Shown here: positions 1 through 9,160 of the stretch, piece after piece
Position numbering within the stretch: position 1 is the first letter of the stretch
Layout of the letters: each line of letters opens with the position of its first letter
Source of the DNA: a virus
Strand: one strand, 5' to 3'
Length of the DNA stretch: 64,000 nucleotides
IMG/VR virus record: IMGVR_UViG_3300025073_000448
Position numbers and translations under genes: made by a program
Notes under the pieces: generated by a model
Database searches by the model: none
What the model was told of the DNA's origin: nothing
The model's input: the letters and a program-made list of their open reading frames with translations, nothing else

Positions 1-230
1 TGACAAACAAGGGCCCGGAGTGTGCCGCCATTCGTGAATCCTCTCCATCGACTGAATGGACAATGCGTGTAAATGCGCCGTTGTGAATACGAATCTACAA
101 ACCAGACTCGCCCTCTGGCGTCCACCTCCATCTTGGATACTCGGTTTTCATGATAAAAAAACCGCCTACCATTGGAAGCGATTGCCTCCAACGTCTGATT
201 GACCATATCCACCCGTTCATTTTTCGTCAT
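1..230 (-). CDS. Conserved phage hypothetical protein (runs off the window start)
   Basis: Manual translation MTKNERVDMVNQTLEAIASNGRRFFYHENRVSKMEVDARGRVWFVDSYSQRRIYTH..., open to base 1; resembles a phage protein family I recall. Confidence 0.7.
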   Translation of the reverse strand, partial: MTKNERVDMVNQTLEAIASNGRRFFYHENRVSKMEVDARGRVWFVDSYSQRRIYTHCPFSRWRGFTNGGTLRALVC

Positions 231-255
231 TCTTCCAACTCCTGGCCCAAGCGGC

Positions 256-477
256 CTAACATTGGCGATCAGGCGCGGCGGCCTTCTTGGCCTCTGTGGG
301 ACCGACTTCCTTGCTGGCCTCCGTCGCCTGCATTGCTGGGTTAGACGTGGCATCAACAATCATGGACACTACGTCCTGCTTATACTCATCGAGCCACGGC
401 ATCTCGCTCGTCACTCGCTTGGGTGACGACCACAACCAATCGTTTACCCATTTCCTAGCCTCCATGTAATCCATCAC
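256..477 (-). CDS. Hypothetical protein
   Basis: 73-aa ORF with a strong RBS (AAAGGAGG) upstream, co-oriented with neighbours. Confidence 0.7.
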   Translation of the reverse strand: MMDYMEARKWVNDWLWSSPKRVTSEMPWLDEYKQDVVSMIVDATSNPAMQATEASKEVGPTEAKKAAAPDRQC

Positions 478-516
478 TACCTCCTTTGCTGTCTAATACA
501 GTTTATCCACAATCCT

Positions 517-2814
517 TCACCACCCACCCCGAACCAGCATCCCACCCAAATTGCTCCACCGTTTACTCGTACTCGTCTCCCCGGTCTTAATGGCAATGTT
601 CAATGCCTTCTGCGTTCCCACCAATATCACATACCGCTGTGCCCTGGTAATTCCCGTGTATATTATGCTTCTCTGGAGCATAATGAAATTGGTGGTATGC
701 ACGGGGATAACAACCACAGGGAATTGCGACCCCTGACTCTTGTGAATTGTCATGGCGTATGCCATCTGCAACTGCTCAAAGTCCTTGGAAGCATACTCGA
801 CTTCCCGATCATCGATCATAACCACAACGGCACTCGCATCCCCTCCAAGCACAATCCCCATGTCCCCGTTGAACACCATCTTCTTGTAATCGTTCCTCGT
901 CTGGATGACCCTATCCCCTGTCAAAAAAGGCGTCCCGCCTATAGCCACCCCTTCGACGTTGATCACGGGGCGCAGTCTCCGGTTCAACTCAATCGTCCCG
1001 GCCGGCCCTTTCTTCATGGGGCACAGGACCTGGATATCCTTCAGGTCAAACCCATAGTGCGCGGAGAACTTCACGCATACCTTCTCTATCATGGGAGCAA
1101 TCCCGTGCTTGTCCTCCTCGGTCACGAAAAAGAAATCTGAGTCGCCGTCATTTTTGAGCTCAACCTTCTCGCCTCGGTTGATCCGCTGAGCGTTCCGGTT
1201 GATATAGCTCTTTGCGGCCTGGCGATGAAGCGTGGTGAGATGCACCGTGGGGATTATCCCCGATTCGATGATGTCTCCCAGCACCCTCCCGGCACTCACC
1301 GACGGCAATTGGGCCGGATCCCCCACGAGGATGAGCTGCGTCTTCTCGGGGTTGACCGCGGACAACAGGCTCGCCATGAGCTGCACGTCCACCATGGAGG
1401 TCTCATCAACCACGACCACATCCACATCGAGGGGGTTGTCCTGGTTGTGGCGGAATCCCACCTCGGGATGAAAGGCGAGCAGGCGGTGAATGGTCATGGC
1501 CGCACGACCACCGGTTGCCTCGGACATCCTCTTCGCGGCCTTTCCCGTGGGGGCGGCCAGGGCAATATTCAAATCTCGACCCATGGCTCGGATGATGAAG
1601 TTGATCAAGTGGGTTTTGCCAACTCCGGGCCCACCCGCTAGAACCATGATTTTTGAGGTCATGGCGAGGTCCAGGCCTCGAAGCTGGTCTTGGTCGAGGG
1701 AGTTGATTTCATCCGAGGAGAGCTCGCTTATCATGGCTGCATGGGGGGTTGAAACGAACTTTAGAAGGGACTGTGCCACGTCGATTTCCGCAGTCCACAT
1801 TTCTGCTGTGTAGATGTAGGTGGCGGCAGGGGAAGGTGAGGCCGGTGCTTTTAATTTATGTCCAGCCCATCCCGTAGCATCAAGCTCATCGACTATGTTG
1901 ATTGCTTCTTCAAGACTGATTGTGTCAGTCAAATCGACATCACCCTCGAAGGGGAGGGCTTCCTCCTTCGAGGCATTCCCATCCTTCAAAGCATCATCAT
2001 TCCCCGGCGTAAAATCCACCAGCTTCCCAGCAGCAATCATCTCGTTCAGCACCTCAACAACCTTCTCCTTCCCAGCCTCAAGGATCTCCACCGCCCGCTT
2101 GACCAGTTCCTCGAAGGGAAGACAGGTGTGCCCTTCTCCGCCGGATGCTTCCTGCAGAACATACCTGATGCCGGCCGTCAGGCGGCGCCTGCTTTCCTTT
2201 TTTATCCCGGTGGACACGGCAATGGCGTCGGCTTTCTTGAAGCCTATGCCCCACACGTCAGAAGCCAGGATATATGGATTGGCCTCGATCTGCTTCTTGG
2301 CCTTTTCTTTGGTGCCGTAGGTGTCGATCAAGCGATTCAGGAGAGATGGAGTCACCCCGTGAGTGCTGAAGTACACGTCAATCGTGCGATCCGACATAAT
2401 GGAAACATATTTCTCATGGATCTCCTGGGCTCGGGCTGGGGTGATGCCGTTTACTTCCGAGAGGCGCTGAGGTGAGTGCTCGATCACTTCGAAGAGGGCG
2501 GAGCCGAAGGCCTCCACGAGACGTCGCGAGACTATGGGACCTATCCATTTTAGCTTTATGGAAAGATATTGGATAATACCCATAGTATCTTTGGGGAGTT
2601 CTTTTGTTACGTTTATGGATTTGAATTGCTTTCCATATTTTGGGTGCTCTTCATATTTTCCTTCTACGATTACATAATCACCTACTTCACAATCACTAGG
2701 AAAAACACCAGTGACTGTTTCTTTGACTCCTCTCAACTGGACAAATTTCCATCCACCCTGATATGGCCTAGACATGTCCTTAATGGTTCCCTCTACCCTC
2801 TCTGTGGCATCCAC
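517..2814 (-). CDS. recD2: RecD2/TraA-family SF1B helicase
   Basis: N-terminal OB-like and HhH regions, Walker A GGPGVGKT, LAAPTGKAA, DETSM, GDPAQLPSV, YAMTIHKSQGSQF, YTGITRA. Confidence 0.93.
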   Translation of the reverse strand: MDATERVEGTIKDMSRPYQGGWKFVQLRGVKETVTGVFPSDCEVGDYVIVEGKYEEHPKYGKQFKSINVTKELPKDTMGIIQYLSIKLKWIGPIVSRRLVEAFGSALFEVIEHSPQRLSEVNGITPARAQEIHEKYVSIMSDRTIDVYFSTHGVTPSLLNRLIDTYGTKEKAKKQIEANPYILASDVWGIGFKKADAIAVSTGIKKESRRRLTAGIRYVLQEASGGEGHTCLPFEELVKRAVEILEAGKEKVVEVLNEMIAAGKLVDFTPGNDDALKDGNASKEEALPFEGDVDLTDTISLEEAINIVDELDATGWAGHKLKAPASPSPAATYIYTAEMWTAEIDVAQSLLKFVSTPHAAMISELSSDEINSLDQDQLRGLDLAMTSKIMVLAGGPGVGKTHLINFIIRAMGRDLNIALAAPTGKAAKRMSEATGGRAAMTIHRLLAFHPEVGFRHNQDNPLDVDVVVVDETSMVDVQLMASLLSAVNPEKTQLILVGDPAQLPSVSAGRVLGDIIESGIIPTVHLTTLHRQAAKSYINRNAQRINRGEKVELKNDGDSDFFFVTEEDKHGIAPMIEKVCVKFSAHYGFDLKDIQVLCPMKKGPAGTIELNRRLRPVINVEGVAIGGTPFLTGDRVIQTRNDYKKMVFNGDMGIVLGGDASAVVVMIDDREVEYASKDFEQLQMAYAMTIHKSQGSQFPVVVIPVHTTNFIMLQRSIIYTGITRAQRYVILVGTQKALNIAIKTGETSTSKRWSNLGGMLVRGGW

Positions 2815-2815
2815 T

Positions 2816-3661
2816 TCAAGACCCTCCTCTCTCCTCCCGCAACATACTTATTTCTTCCAGTGCTTGCATGTCAGATAACCCATTTTTAATCTTTGTATAA
2901 AATATGTCATGGCCGACATTAAATTCTTTCATCCAATCAGACAATATTTTTACTTTCCCGTTCCACGCTATAAATCTATTTTTGCGAGTATTTTTAGCTT
3001 GCATTGCGAGTGGTATCCACTCACAATTATTTGCATCATAGTTACCATTTACATTCTTTCTTTCAAGCGAATATCCACTTGGACATAAACCCATATCACT
3101 TAAAAATTGTTTAAAATTGTTAATCCATTCATCACATATAGTTATTCCACGTCCACCATAGCATTCATATCTATCAGCATTTTTATTAAGGCATCTTTTC
3201 TTCATATCTGCCCATGCATCATATTCTCTTGAATGATTTCTTTGTCTTGCATGTCCATGAATTACCTTGTTTTCCCACGTTTCACTTATCAAGCATCCGC
3301 AGCTTCTTGTATTCCCGAATAACCTGCCATATTCTACTGCCACCATATTTCCACAATCGCATCGACATTCCCATAATATCTTTCCGCTTCTATCTTTTCT
3401 GTTTGATTTACATAGCACAGTTAGCTTTCCGGTTTTCATTCCTGTAATATCATTTCCTGCTCTACGTTTATATTGTTTACACCCACATGATTTGGTGTTT
3501 CCTGTTTTTAAGGCATTCCCCTTCCATGTACCAATTAATCCGCACTCACATTGACACTCCCACATTATTTCATTCTTTTTGCCTCGCTTGTCACTTCTTT
3601 TCAGAACTAATATGTAACCAAATTTCTTTCCTGTTAAGTCAATGTAATTTCTTGTTTTCAT
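2816..3661 (-). CDS. HNH-type homing-endonuclease-like protein with two DLTGxKFG...WxCxCxCG...SCGC repeats
   Basis: Repeats plus YGGRGITICDEW and SLERKNVNGNYDANNCEW; AT-rich relative to flanks; start MKTRNY at 3661. Confidence 0.85.
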   Translation of the reverse strand: MKTRNYIDLTGKKFGYILVLKRSDKRGKKNEIMWECQCECGLIGTWKGNALKTGNTKSCGCKQYKRRAGNDITGMKTGKLTVLCKSNRKDRSGKILWECRCDCGNMVAVEYGRLFGNTRSCGCLISETWENKVIHGHARQRNHSREYDAWADMKKRCLNKNADRYECYGGRGITICDEWINNFKQFLSDMGLCPSGYSLERKNVNGNYDANNCEWIPLAMQAKNTRKNRFIAWNGKVKILSDWMKEFNVGHDIFYTKIKNGLSDMQALEEISMLREERGGS

Positions 3662-3785
3662 TGACGCGCCTCGCAGAAAATAAAAAAGCGCAAAGAGCTG
3701 CGAGGGATTCAACATCCCCTCTTGGCCTCACGACCAAAAGACTCTTTGCGCTAACTGGATATCGATATTTACTAATTACAGCCAT
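3639..3785 (-). CDS. Putative 48-aa leader uORF overlapping the HNH start
   Basis: GGAGG-8nt-ATG; MAVISKYRYPVSAKSLLVVRPRGDVESLAALCAFLFSARRVNENKKLH*; spans RNA element 1. Confidence 0.45.
   Translation of the reverse strand: MAVISKYRYPVSAKSLLVVRPRGDVESLAALCAFLFSARRVNENKKLH
3687..3752 (-). ncRNA. Three-way-junction RNA element 1
   Basis: 11-bp outer stem AGCGCAAAGAG/CTCTTTGCGCT, GUGA-tetraloop hairpin, GGGAU/AUCCC hairpin, followed by a U-tract. Confidence 0.65.
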
Positions 3786-3829
3786 TACGGAGGCCTCCGG
3801 TTGAATCTTCGCAATTCAGATCCTACCAA

Positions 3830-4879
3830 CTAAAACGGAGACTTCTCACCTGCTCCGCTTCCAGTCCCACCAGCAGCCCCACCCTTCTTGGCTTGGCCCG
3901 CGCCGGAATCCTTGGCGCCCGCGCTGGCCCCACCAGCAGGCTTCATGAACTCAGGCTCGCCGGGCCTGCTTTCTGCGCCGCCTACATCCCCGCCCGCTCC
4001 GCCATATCCTCCACCCGAGCCTCCTTCCCCGCCACTCCCACCCCCGGCCGCAGCAGCTTCCGCCGCCTCTTCCGCCTCAAACGTTGTCTGAACGCTGGCA
4101 TCCTTTAGGGACTCGACCGTCGGGATAATGATCTCGTTCAGCAGCACCTCGTCAACCGGCTTCGGCATGGTGAACTTTGCGCGGTAATGCTTCTGAGGCT
4201 CGAGTCGCTTCTCTAGGGATATCTCGGTCTGAAACATGAAGAAGGGCTTGCGGCGGAGCATGACGCTCGAGATGAAACCCTTGGTGGGTTTGATGCTTAC
4301 GCCGTGGAGCGTCGTCCAGAAGGGGACCCCATCATCGATTCCAATGCAGAGAAGATTATAAAGAGTTCCGCAGGGAGGCTTGGTCTTTCCGTCCTCGTCC
4401 CATGCTCCGAACTGGCATACTTGCTTGGGGCGATTCCCTGGCCCCATGACTGCACAAACCTTGGAAGGAGGGAATGGGTGGCGTGAATCAGGCTCCCAGA
4501 ACGTATATGATCGGCAAAGCAAGTCCTCTCCGTCTCCGGATGCCAGCCATTCGGAGTTTTTTCCCGTCTCTGCGATGAGATCTTGCATGTATGCATTTAC
4601 TTCCGTGGAGTTCTTGGTTCGATCCTGCTGACTCCATAGAGCTCGGCCTTTGTCGGCCTTCACGATCACTACATTCAGCGTTTCCACCTCTTCCCCGGTA
4701 AGATTGCAGAGAAAGTGACCCTCGGTTCCGGTTTTACTCGTCGGCTGCACCACCTTATAGCGCGGGATCACGAGATCGGACGCATCAAACGATTCCCACC
4801 CCGTATAGCCTTGAAGGCTTTCAGGGATTACTACAGCGCCTGCGGGGGAGTGGATAGCAAGATCCTTCGATTCACTCAT
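3830..4879 (-). CDS. Putative ssDNA-binding/annealing protein
   Basis: DLVIPRYKVVQ-type N-terminus, long Gly/Ala-rich tail ending ...SPF like an SSB tip, located in the recombination block. Confidence 0.5.
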   Translation of the reverse strand: MSESKDLAIHSPAGAVVIPESLQGYTGWESFDASDLVIPRYKVVQPTSKTGTEGHFLCNLTGEEVETLNVVIVKADKGRALWSQQDRTKNSTEVNAYMQDLIAETGKNSEWLASGDGEDLLCRSYTFWEPDSRHPFPPSKVCAVMGPGNRPKQVCQFGAWDEDGKTKPPCGTLYNLLCIGIDDGVPFWTTLHGVSIKPTKGFISSVMLRRKPFFMFQTEISLEKRLEPQKHYRAKFTMPKPVDEVLLNEIIIPTVESLKDASVQTTFEAEEAAEAAAAGGGSGGEGGSGGGYGGAGGDVGGAESRPGEPEFMKPAGGASAGAKDSGAGQAKKGGAAGGTGSGAGEKSPF

Positions 4880-4883
4880 GACA

Positions 4884-5384
4884 TTATTCCTTTTCTATTG
4901 GAAAGTTGAGACATGCAAATTCACCAAAGAACTCAACTGCTTTTGCGTCGTATGCTTTGGCGGCTTCAATTTCTTGGTGAGGCTGAAATGACCCAAGGTG
5001 ATATCTTTTTTTGTTAGTTTTTATTTGAGCATACCATCTGTTGTGATTTTTATCCCATGTAACTCCTTTGTATTGTGATATCCCGGTAGTTGTTCTAACG
5101 TTCTGCTGATTACATTGATGCGTTGCCTTCCTAAGATTGAATCTCTGATTGTTCAAGCCATTCCCGTCCCAATGATCCACCTCAATGTCTTCATTCGTCA
5201 ACAATAGTAATTCTCTGTGCATATATATTTTTGGATATCTGACCCCCTTAACAACCGGGGCATTTCGGACAGCATACCACTTATTCTTTGCCGGGTTTGC
5301 ATACCACCGCCACTGCATCAACCACTCCCAATCCTCATCATCAACCAGCGCCACCTTGCCCTGAGTCAAAGGTATTTCCTTCAT
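4884..5384 (-). CDS. HNH endonuclease with C-terminal AP2 domain
   Basis: MKEIPLTQGKVALVDDED, EVDHWDGNGLNNQRFNLR, YKGVTWDK...WYAQI...AAKAYD...FGEFACLNF. Confidence 0.92.
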   Translation of the reverse strand: MKEIPLTQGKVALVDDEDWEWLMQWRWYANPAKNKWYAVRNAPVVKGVRYPKIYMHRELLLLTNEDIEVDHWDGNGLNNQRFNLRKATHQCNQQNVRTTTGISQYKGVTWDKNHNRWYAQIKTNKKRYHLGSFQPHQEIEAAKAYDAKAVEFFGEFACLNFPIEKE

Positions 5385-5388
5385 GACA

Positions 5389-5523
5389 TCATCCCCCAAA
5401 AAAGAAATCGCGCGGATCATGGGTCACCGACTGTCGCTCATCAAGCAAGGAAAATGAGCGAGGCCCAGGAGTCTTTCTCTCCAGTCCACGATACGCGCGA
5501 TAGGGTATTCTATTCTTCTTCAT
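5389..5523 (-). CDS. Putative 44-aa leader uORF upstream of the HNH-AP2 gene
   Basis: AAGCAAGGAA RBS then ATG; MKKNRIPYRAYRGLERKTPGPRSFSLLDERQSVTHDPRDFFFGG*; stop lies 4 nt before the HNH ATG. Confidence 0.5.
   Translation of the reverse strand: MKKNRIPYRAYRGLERKTPGPRSFSLLDERQSVTHDPRDFFFGG
5407..5501 (-). ncRNA. Three-way-junction RNA element 2
   Basis: 16-bp outer stem (1 mismatch, 1 GU), GGAG-AGAAAGA-CUCC hairpin, CGCUCAU/AUGAGCG hairpin with a pyrimidine-rich loop, then a U-tract. Confidence 0.65.
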
Positions 5524-5572
5524 GGGATTCCTTGCTTCTTTGCCGGTGTCGAGTCGTGACTTCGACGGAATC

Positions 5573-5600
5573 ACGTTATCACTCACAGGAATGATGTCAA
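5573..5600 (-). promoter_or_regulatory. Sigma70-like promoter for the uORF/HNH-AP2 unit
   Basis: TTGACA-16nt-TAACGT with an extended TG. Confidence 0.55.
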
Positions 5601-5629
5601 TGAATTTGTTACACTTTGCTTGTGTTCGT

Positions 5630-6349
5630 TCAATCCACGATATAGGACTCAACCCTCCTGAAAAGCCCGGTCAGCAGATCGACATCCCACTTATTGTAAA
5701 GAAGGATATCCTCGTACATTCCCGCGAGGTACGCCGGGTAAACCTTGCTCCCATCCCACCCAGTCGGTTTTGCTCCCACCCCGAAGTAGGCGCACCAGTA
5801 TTCCATTTTCTTCAGGATAGGCTTATTGGAAAAAGGGGTTTTCATCCCAAGGGAAAGCTCGACATCAACGTGCGCCTTGTTTTCAAGTCGAGTGTCCACG
5901 AGCTTGAGATACATGGAATGCTTTATTGCGTGGACATCCAGCATCATGGATCTGCGGTGCAGCACTTGCGCGTCGAATGATTTTCCATTGAACGATACCA
6001 ATGTTATCCCCAACTGCATAGCCTCGCGCATCCAGTCCCATGCCGCAATCAGGAGCTTTTTTTCCTCTTCTTCGTTCGTGGCGAAAAGCTCCAGGTACTC
6101 CTCGCTCTTCGAATCATACCCCACGAAAGAGCAGGGCCGGCAGAACTCGGGCTTGACCCCCAGGTCCTTCTTGGACTTCTCCCTGAACTTGTCCCGCTCG
6201 GCGTTGATCTTTTTCTGTGCGGCCTCGGTCCCCCAATTTGCAGGAATGGCCACCTCTGCCGGGTCGAATATGGGGAGGCATTCCTCGGGGATGTTGTCCG
6301 CGGGGATCGTTTCCGCGTCAAAACTGCGAATGTGCATGAAGTCTGACAT
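5630..6349 (-). CDS. PolB-related DEDD 3'-5' exonuclease
   Basis: FDAET (ExoI), LVSFNGKSFD (ExoII), YNKWDV (ExoIII); start MSDFMH at 6349. Confidence 0.85.
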   Translation of the reverse strand: MSDFMHIRSFDAETIPADNIPEECLPIFDPAEVAIPANWGTEAAQKKINAERDKFREKSKKDLGVKPEFCRPCSFVGYDSKSEEYLELFATNEEEEKKLLIAAWDWMREAMQLGITLVSFNGKSFDAQVLHRRSMMLDVHAIKHSMYLKLVDTRLENKAHVDVELSLGMKTPFSNKPILKKMEYWCAYFGVGAKPTGWDGSKVYPAYLAGMYEDILLYNKWDVDLLTGLFRRVESYIVD

Positions 6350-6354
6350 TTTGA

Positions 6355-6729
6355 TTACTCTCCTTTCTCGGAATTCTCTTTCGTACCATCTTTCTCGCGC
6401 TCCAACACGGCCCATCCCTGCTTTTCAAAAGTCAAAACATACCCGTCCGGAACGGTGATAATTCTGCTTGGAAGCTGAAATATGATCTTCTTATCTTCTC
6501 CACCTGTCGCGCCCATCGCCGTGAAGCACGCATCAAAACCTGCGCTGTATGCTTCATGCCTAGATGACTCCATGGCTGTGGCATGTTTTGCCGTGAGGGC
6601 GGAAAGCTCCTCCTCGTGTTTCCTGTCGGTCATCCATGTAGAGAACATCATCGCCACATAGAATACCAACGTTACAATCCAAATCGAGAAAATCGGAACT
6701 TGACTCATGAAAAGCGTTTTTACTTTCAT
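6355..6729 (-). CDS. Hypothetical membrane protein
   Basis: N-terminal hydrophobic helix; preceded by a repeated RBS module. Confidence 0.7.
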   Translation of the reverse strand: MKVKTLFMSQVPIFSIWIVTLVFYVAMMFSTWMTDRKHEEELSALTAKHATAMESSRHEAYSAGFDACFTAMGATGGEDKKIIFQLPSRIITVPDGYVLTFEKQGWAVLEREKDGTKENSEKGE

Positions 6730-6777
6730 GGCGACTACTCTCCTTTCTCGGAATTTTTTTCCGACACACCATCACCT

Positions 6778-7113
6778 TCACTCCCTGGAATCACGCTCAA
6801 AAACAAAGGGTTGCGTTGTGGTGCATCCTTTCCATGGCCTTTCCACGCCACGGTACAAGCTCACTTTCCGAGCCATAAGCTCGATGATCAACCGATCAGA
6901 AGTGCCCTTGGGAAGATTGGTCGTGAGGGCCTCGGTCAGCATGGAGGCTTGCTGTCGGTAGAAGACTTCCATGTCTTCCAGGCTTCTGATCGGAGCATGA
7001 TTAATATCGGGAAGCTCGTCGCAAATTCTAATGACCACCCCCTTTACCGGCTCGTTAGTATAAATGGGCGCCGCCTTGAAGATCAAAACCACCTCGGGCT
7101 GTTCTTGTGGCAT
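6778..7113 (-). CDS. Hypothetical protein
   Basis: ORF preceded by the GAAAGGAGAGTAGTCAGCCATG junction module. Confidence 0.7.
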   Translation of the reverse strand: MPQEQPEVVLIFKAAPIYTNEPVKGVVIRICDELPDINHAPIRSLEDMEVFYRQQASMLTEALTTNLPKGTSDRLIIELMARKVSLYRGVERPWKGCTTTQPFVFERDSRE

Positions 7114-7119
7114 GGCTGA

Positions 7120-8943
7120 CTACTCTCCTTTCTCGGGCTCGGCAGTCTTCCGGCTCAGCCTCGGAGGAAGTTCTGAGCCTTGAAGGGAAGGGGGTGTTTT
7201 CTTGTCCGTTGAATCCAGAAAAGCAGGAGACGACAAGTCATTGTCGGATGAAGTCTTCAGCGTTGCGGCAACCATTTCTTCGCTGAAAGGATCGCCCGCT
7301 CCCTCTTCCCATCCGCCTTCTTCCTCGTCATTCTTTCCATTCCCAGCTTCACCTTCCCCGCCCTTCTTCCTCTTCCCCCTCTTCTTACGCTTATCTTCCA
7401 GAGCTTCCGGCTTTTCCGGCCTTCCCTCGACAGGCACGCCGTTCACCGCGACAACCTCCCCCTCCACGAGATGCCACCCATTCTCTTCCGGCTGCTCCGC
7501 GACCTTCGTCACAATGATATGCGCCCCGATCTTCGCGGCCCACTCCCGGAGCACTCGCTGGCTATCCAGGTCGAGCTCGGCCCACGCCTTGTCGATGGTC
7601 AGCAATCCGATGTCCGGGTGGGACGCCATGCATACAGCGCAACCCACGTGGATCTGCTCGGCTCCGGATGCTAAACTCAAAGGATGACCATTGTACGTGA
7701 CGACACCCTCGTCAAAGCCCAGCCCGAGAACCGGCATGCCGGCGGCCTCGATCAGCTCACCCTTGTAGTTTTTGAGTGCTGCCATGCGGTCAGTGTAGGA
7801 TTGCGAAACGGCGCGCTGTGTTTCGAGGGAGGTCGTCGACGCTTTCCATGAAGTAATGGCGTTGAAGGTCTTGTTAGTGGCGTCTGCGGTGGAGATGCGG
7901 GTGTCGACGTCTTGGAAGAGGGGGGCGAGGTCTTCCAGCGACAACAGCGCCTCCGTTTTCTCCACACGCTCTGCCCGCATTTCCGCAATGGCGACGAAAT
8001 GATTGTTTTGTTCCTCATAGAGCTTGACCAGCGCAAGCTTGAGGTTTTCGATCTGAGACAGAATATCCTGTATCTTTAGAGACTGTTCCGCGAATTCTGC
8101 TTCTTGGGATTGTATGCTTGTTGAGAGGGAATCGACCGCCTTACGCTGCTCATCCTGTTCTTTCTGCCGTTCTTCCAGCGCTTTCCGCTCTTCAAACAAA
8201 TCCTTGACCTTGACCTCCTCGACACTCTCCCACCCTTCAGGCGGCATAAAGCTGGCCTTCACCCCTTCGAGGCGCTTCACTTCGGCGTTCACTTCTTTAC
8301 GCAGCTCGAAGAGCTTCTTGTGCGCCCGGTCGAAGGCCCCCACGGAATCACGCAGGTGCTCGGCCTTGACGCCGGTAAAGCCGGATCGCTTCATGAATTC
8401 ATCGGGATCTGGGCGGAAGGTGATGAGGCGCTGGAGGGTCTCTATCTTCTCTGACTCATTCAGGCGATTGAAGGCGGTGGGGTCCTGGACGTTCTCTCCA
8501 AGCCTTGAAGAGAGGAACTCCTGCGGTGACGGAGCGATGAAGCCACCCTTGCCGATGATGCTGAGCGTGGTGGTATACCCTCCGGATGGAGATCCGTCTT
8601 TCCCTTCCTTGCGATTGATCACGCGCTTCACCAGATAATCCCCGAAGTCGATCAACCCCTCGGCCCGGTCGGTTCCGTCCCGGATGATGTCCGCGGAGAT
8701 GTGCTTTTCTCCGAGCAGCATTCCCCAGAGGCATTCAAGGAGGGAGCTTTTGCCCTGGCGGTTTTTGCCCGTGAGCAAGACTATGGGGTCGGCAGGATCG
8801 GGGCGAATGTCCACGACCTTGAGCTTCTTGAAGTTCTCGGCGTAGATCTGGACTACGCGGAGAGGGGTGGGGATGGGTGCGGTGGTGGTGGTTGAAGCAG
8901 GATTGTCTTTCATTTCTTCATTGTCTTGTGTCTTATTTGGCAT
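7120..8943 (-). CDS. SMC/SbcC(Rad50)-like ABC ATPase
   Basis: IYAENFKKL, Walker A TGKNRQGKSS, long coiled coil, signature LASGAEQ, Walker B LLTID; start MPNK at 8943. Confidence 0.88.
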   Translation of the reverse strand: MPNKTQDNEEMKDNPASTTTTAPIPTPLRVVQIYAENFKKLKVVDIRPDPADPIVLLTGKNRQGKSSLLECLWGMLLGEKHISADIIRDGTDRAEGLIDFGDYLVKRVINRKEGKDGSPSGGYTTTLSIIGKGGFIAPSPQEFLSSRLGENVQDPTAFNRLNESEKIETLQRLITFRPDPDEFMKRSGFTGVKAEHLRDSVGAFDRAHKKLFELRKEVNAEVKRLEGVKASFMPPEGWESVEEVKVKDLFEERKALEERQKEQDEQRKAVDSLSTSIQSQEAEFAEQSLKIQDILSQIENLKLALVKLYEEQNNHFVAIAEMRAERVEKTEALLSLEDLAPLFQDVDTRISTADATNKTFNAITSWKASTTSLETQRAVSQSYTDRMAALKNYKGELIEAAGMPVLGLGFDEGVVTYNGHPLSLASGAEQIHVGCAVCMASHPDIGLLTIDKAWAELDLDSQRVLREWAAKIGAHIIVTKVAEQPEENGWHLVEGEVVAVNGVPVEGRPEKPEALEDKRKKRGKRKKGGEGEAGNGKNDEEEGGWEEGAGDPFSEEMVAATLKTSSDNDLSSPAFLDSTDKKTPPSLQGSELPPRLSRKTAEPEKGE

Positions 8944-9160
8944 TTTCGGTTTTCCTTTCTTCAAGTCGCGTCTTGATGAATCCGTAGACCTTGGAAGACA
9001 TGAGCCGCTCCAGCCTGGAGATGATGGCATACTCCGTGCGGCCGTGTTTTTCCATCCTTTCATCCAGGAAGGACAGAAAAGCCGAAGTCAACTCCATGTC
9101 TTCCTCGTCGGTCCAGGGCTGGCCTTTCTTTGAGGAAGTTATCGTGGTTGATGTACCCAT
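8933..9160 (-). CDS. Small Myb/HTH-like hypothetical protein
   Basis: PWTDEEDxxL...HGRTEYAIISRL pattern. Confidence 0.6.
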   Translation of the reverse strand: MGTSTTITSSKKGQPWTDEEDMELTSAFLSFLDERMEKHGRTEYAIISRLERLMSSKVYGFIKTRLEERKTENAK

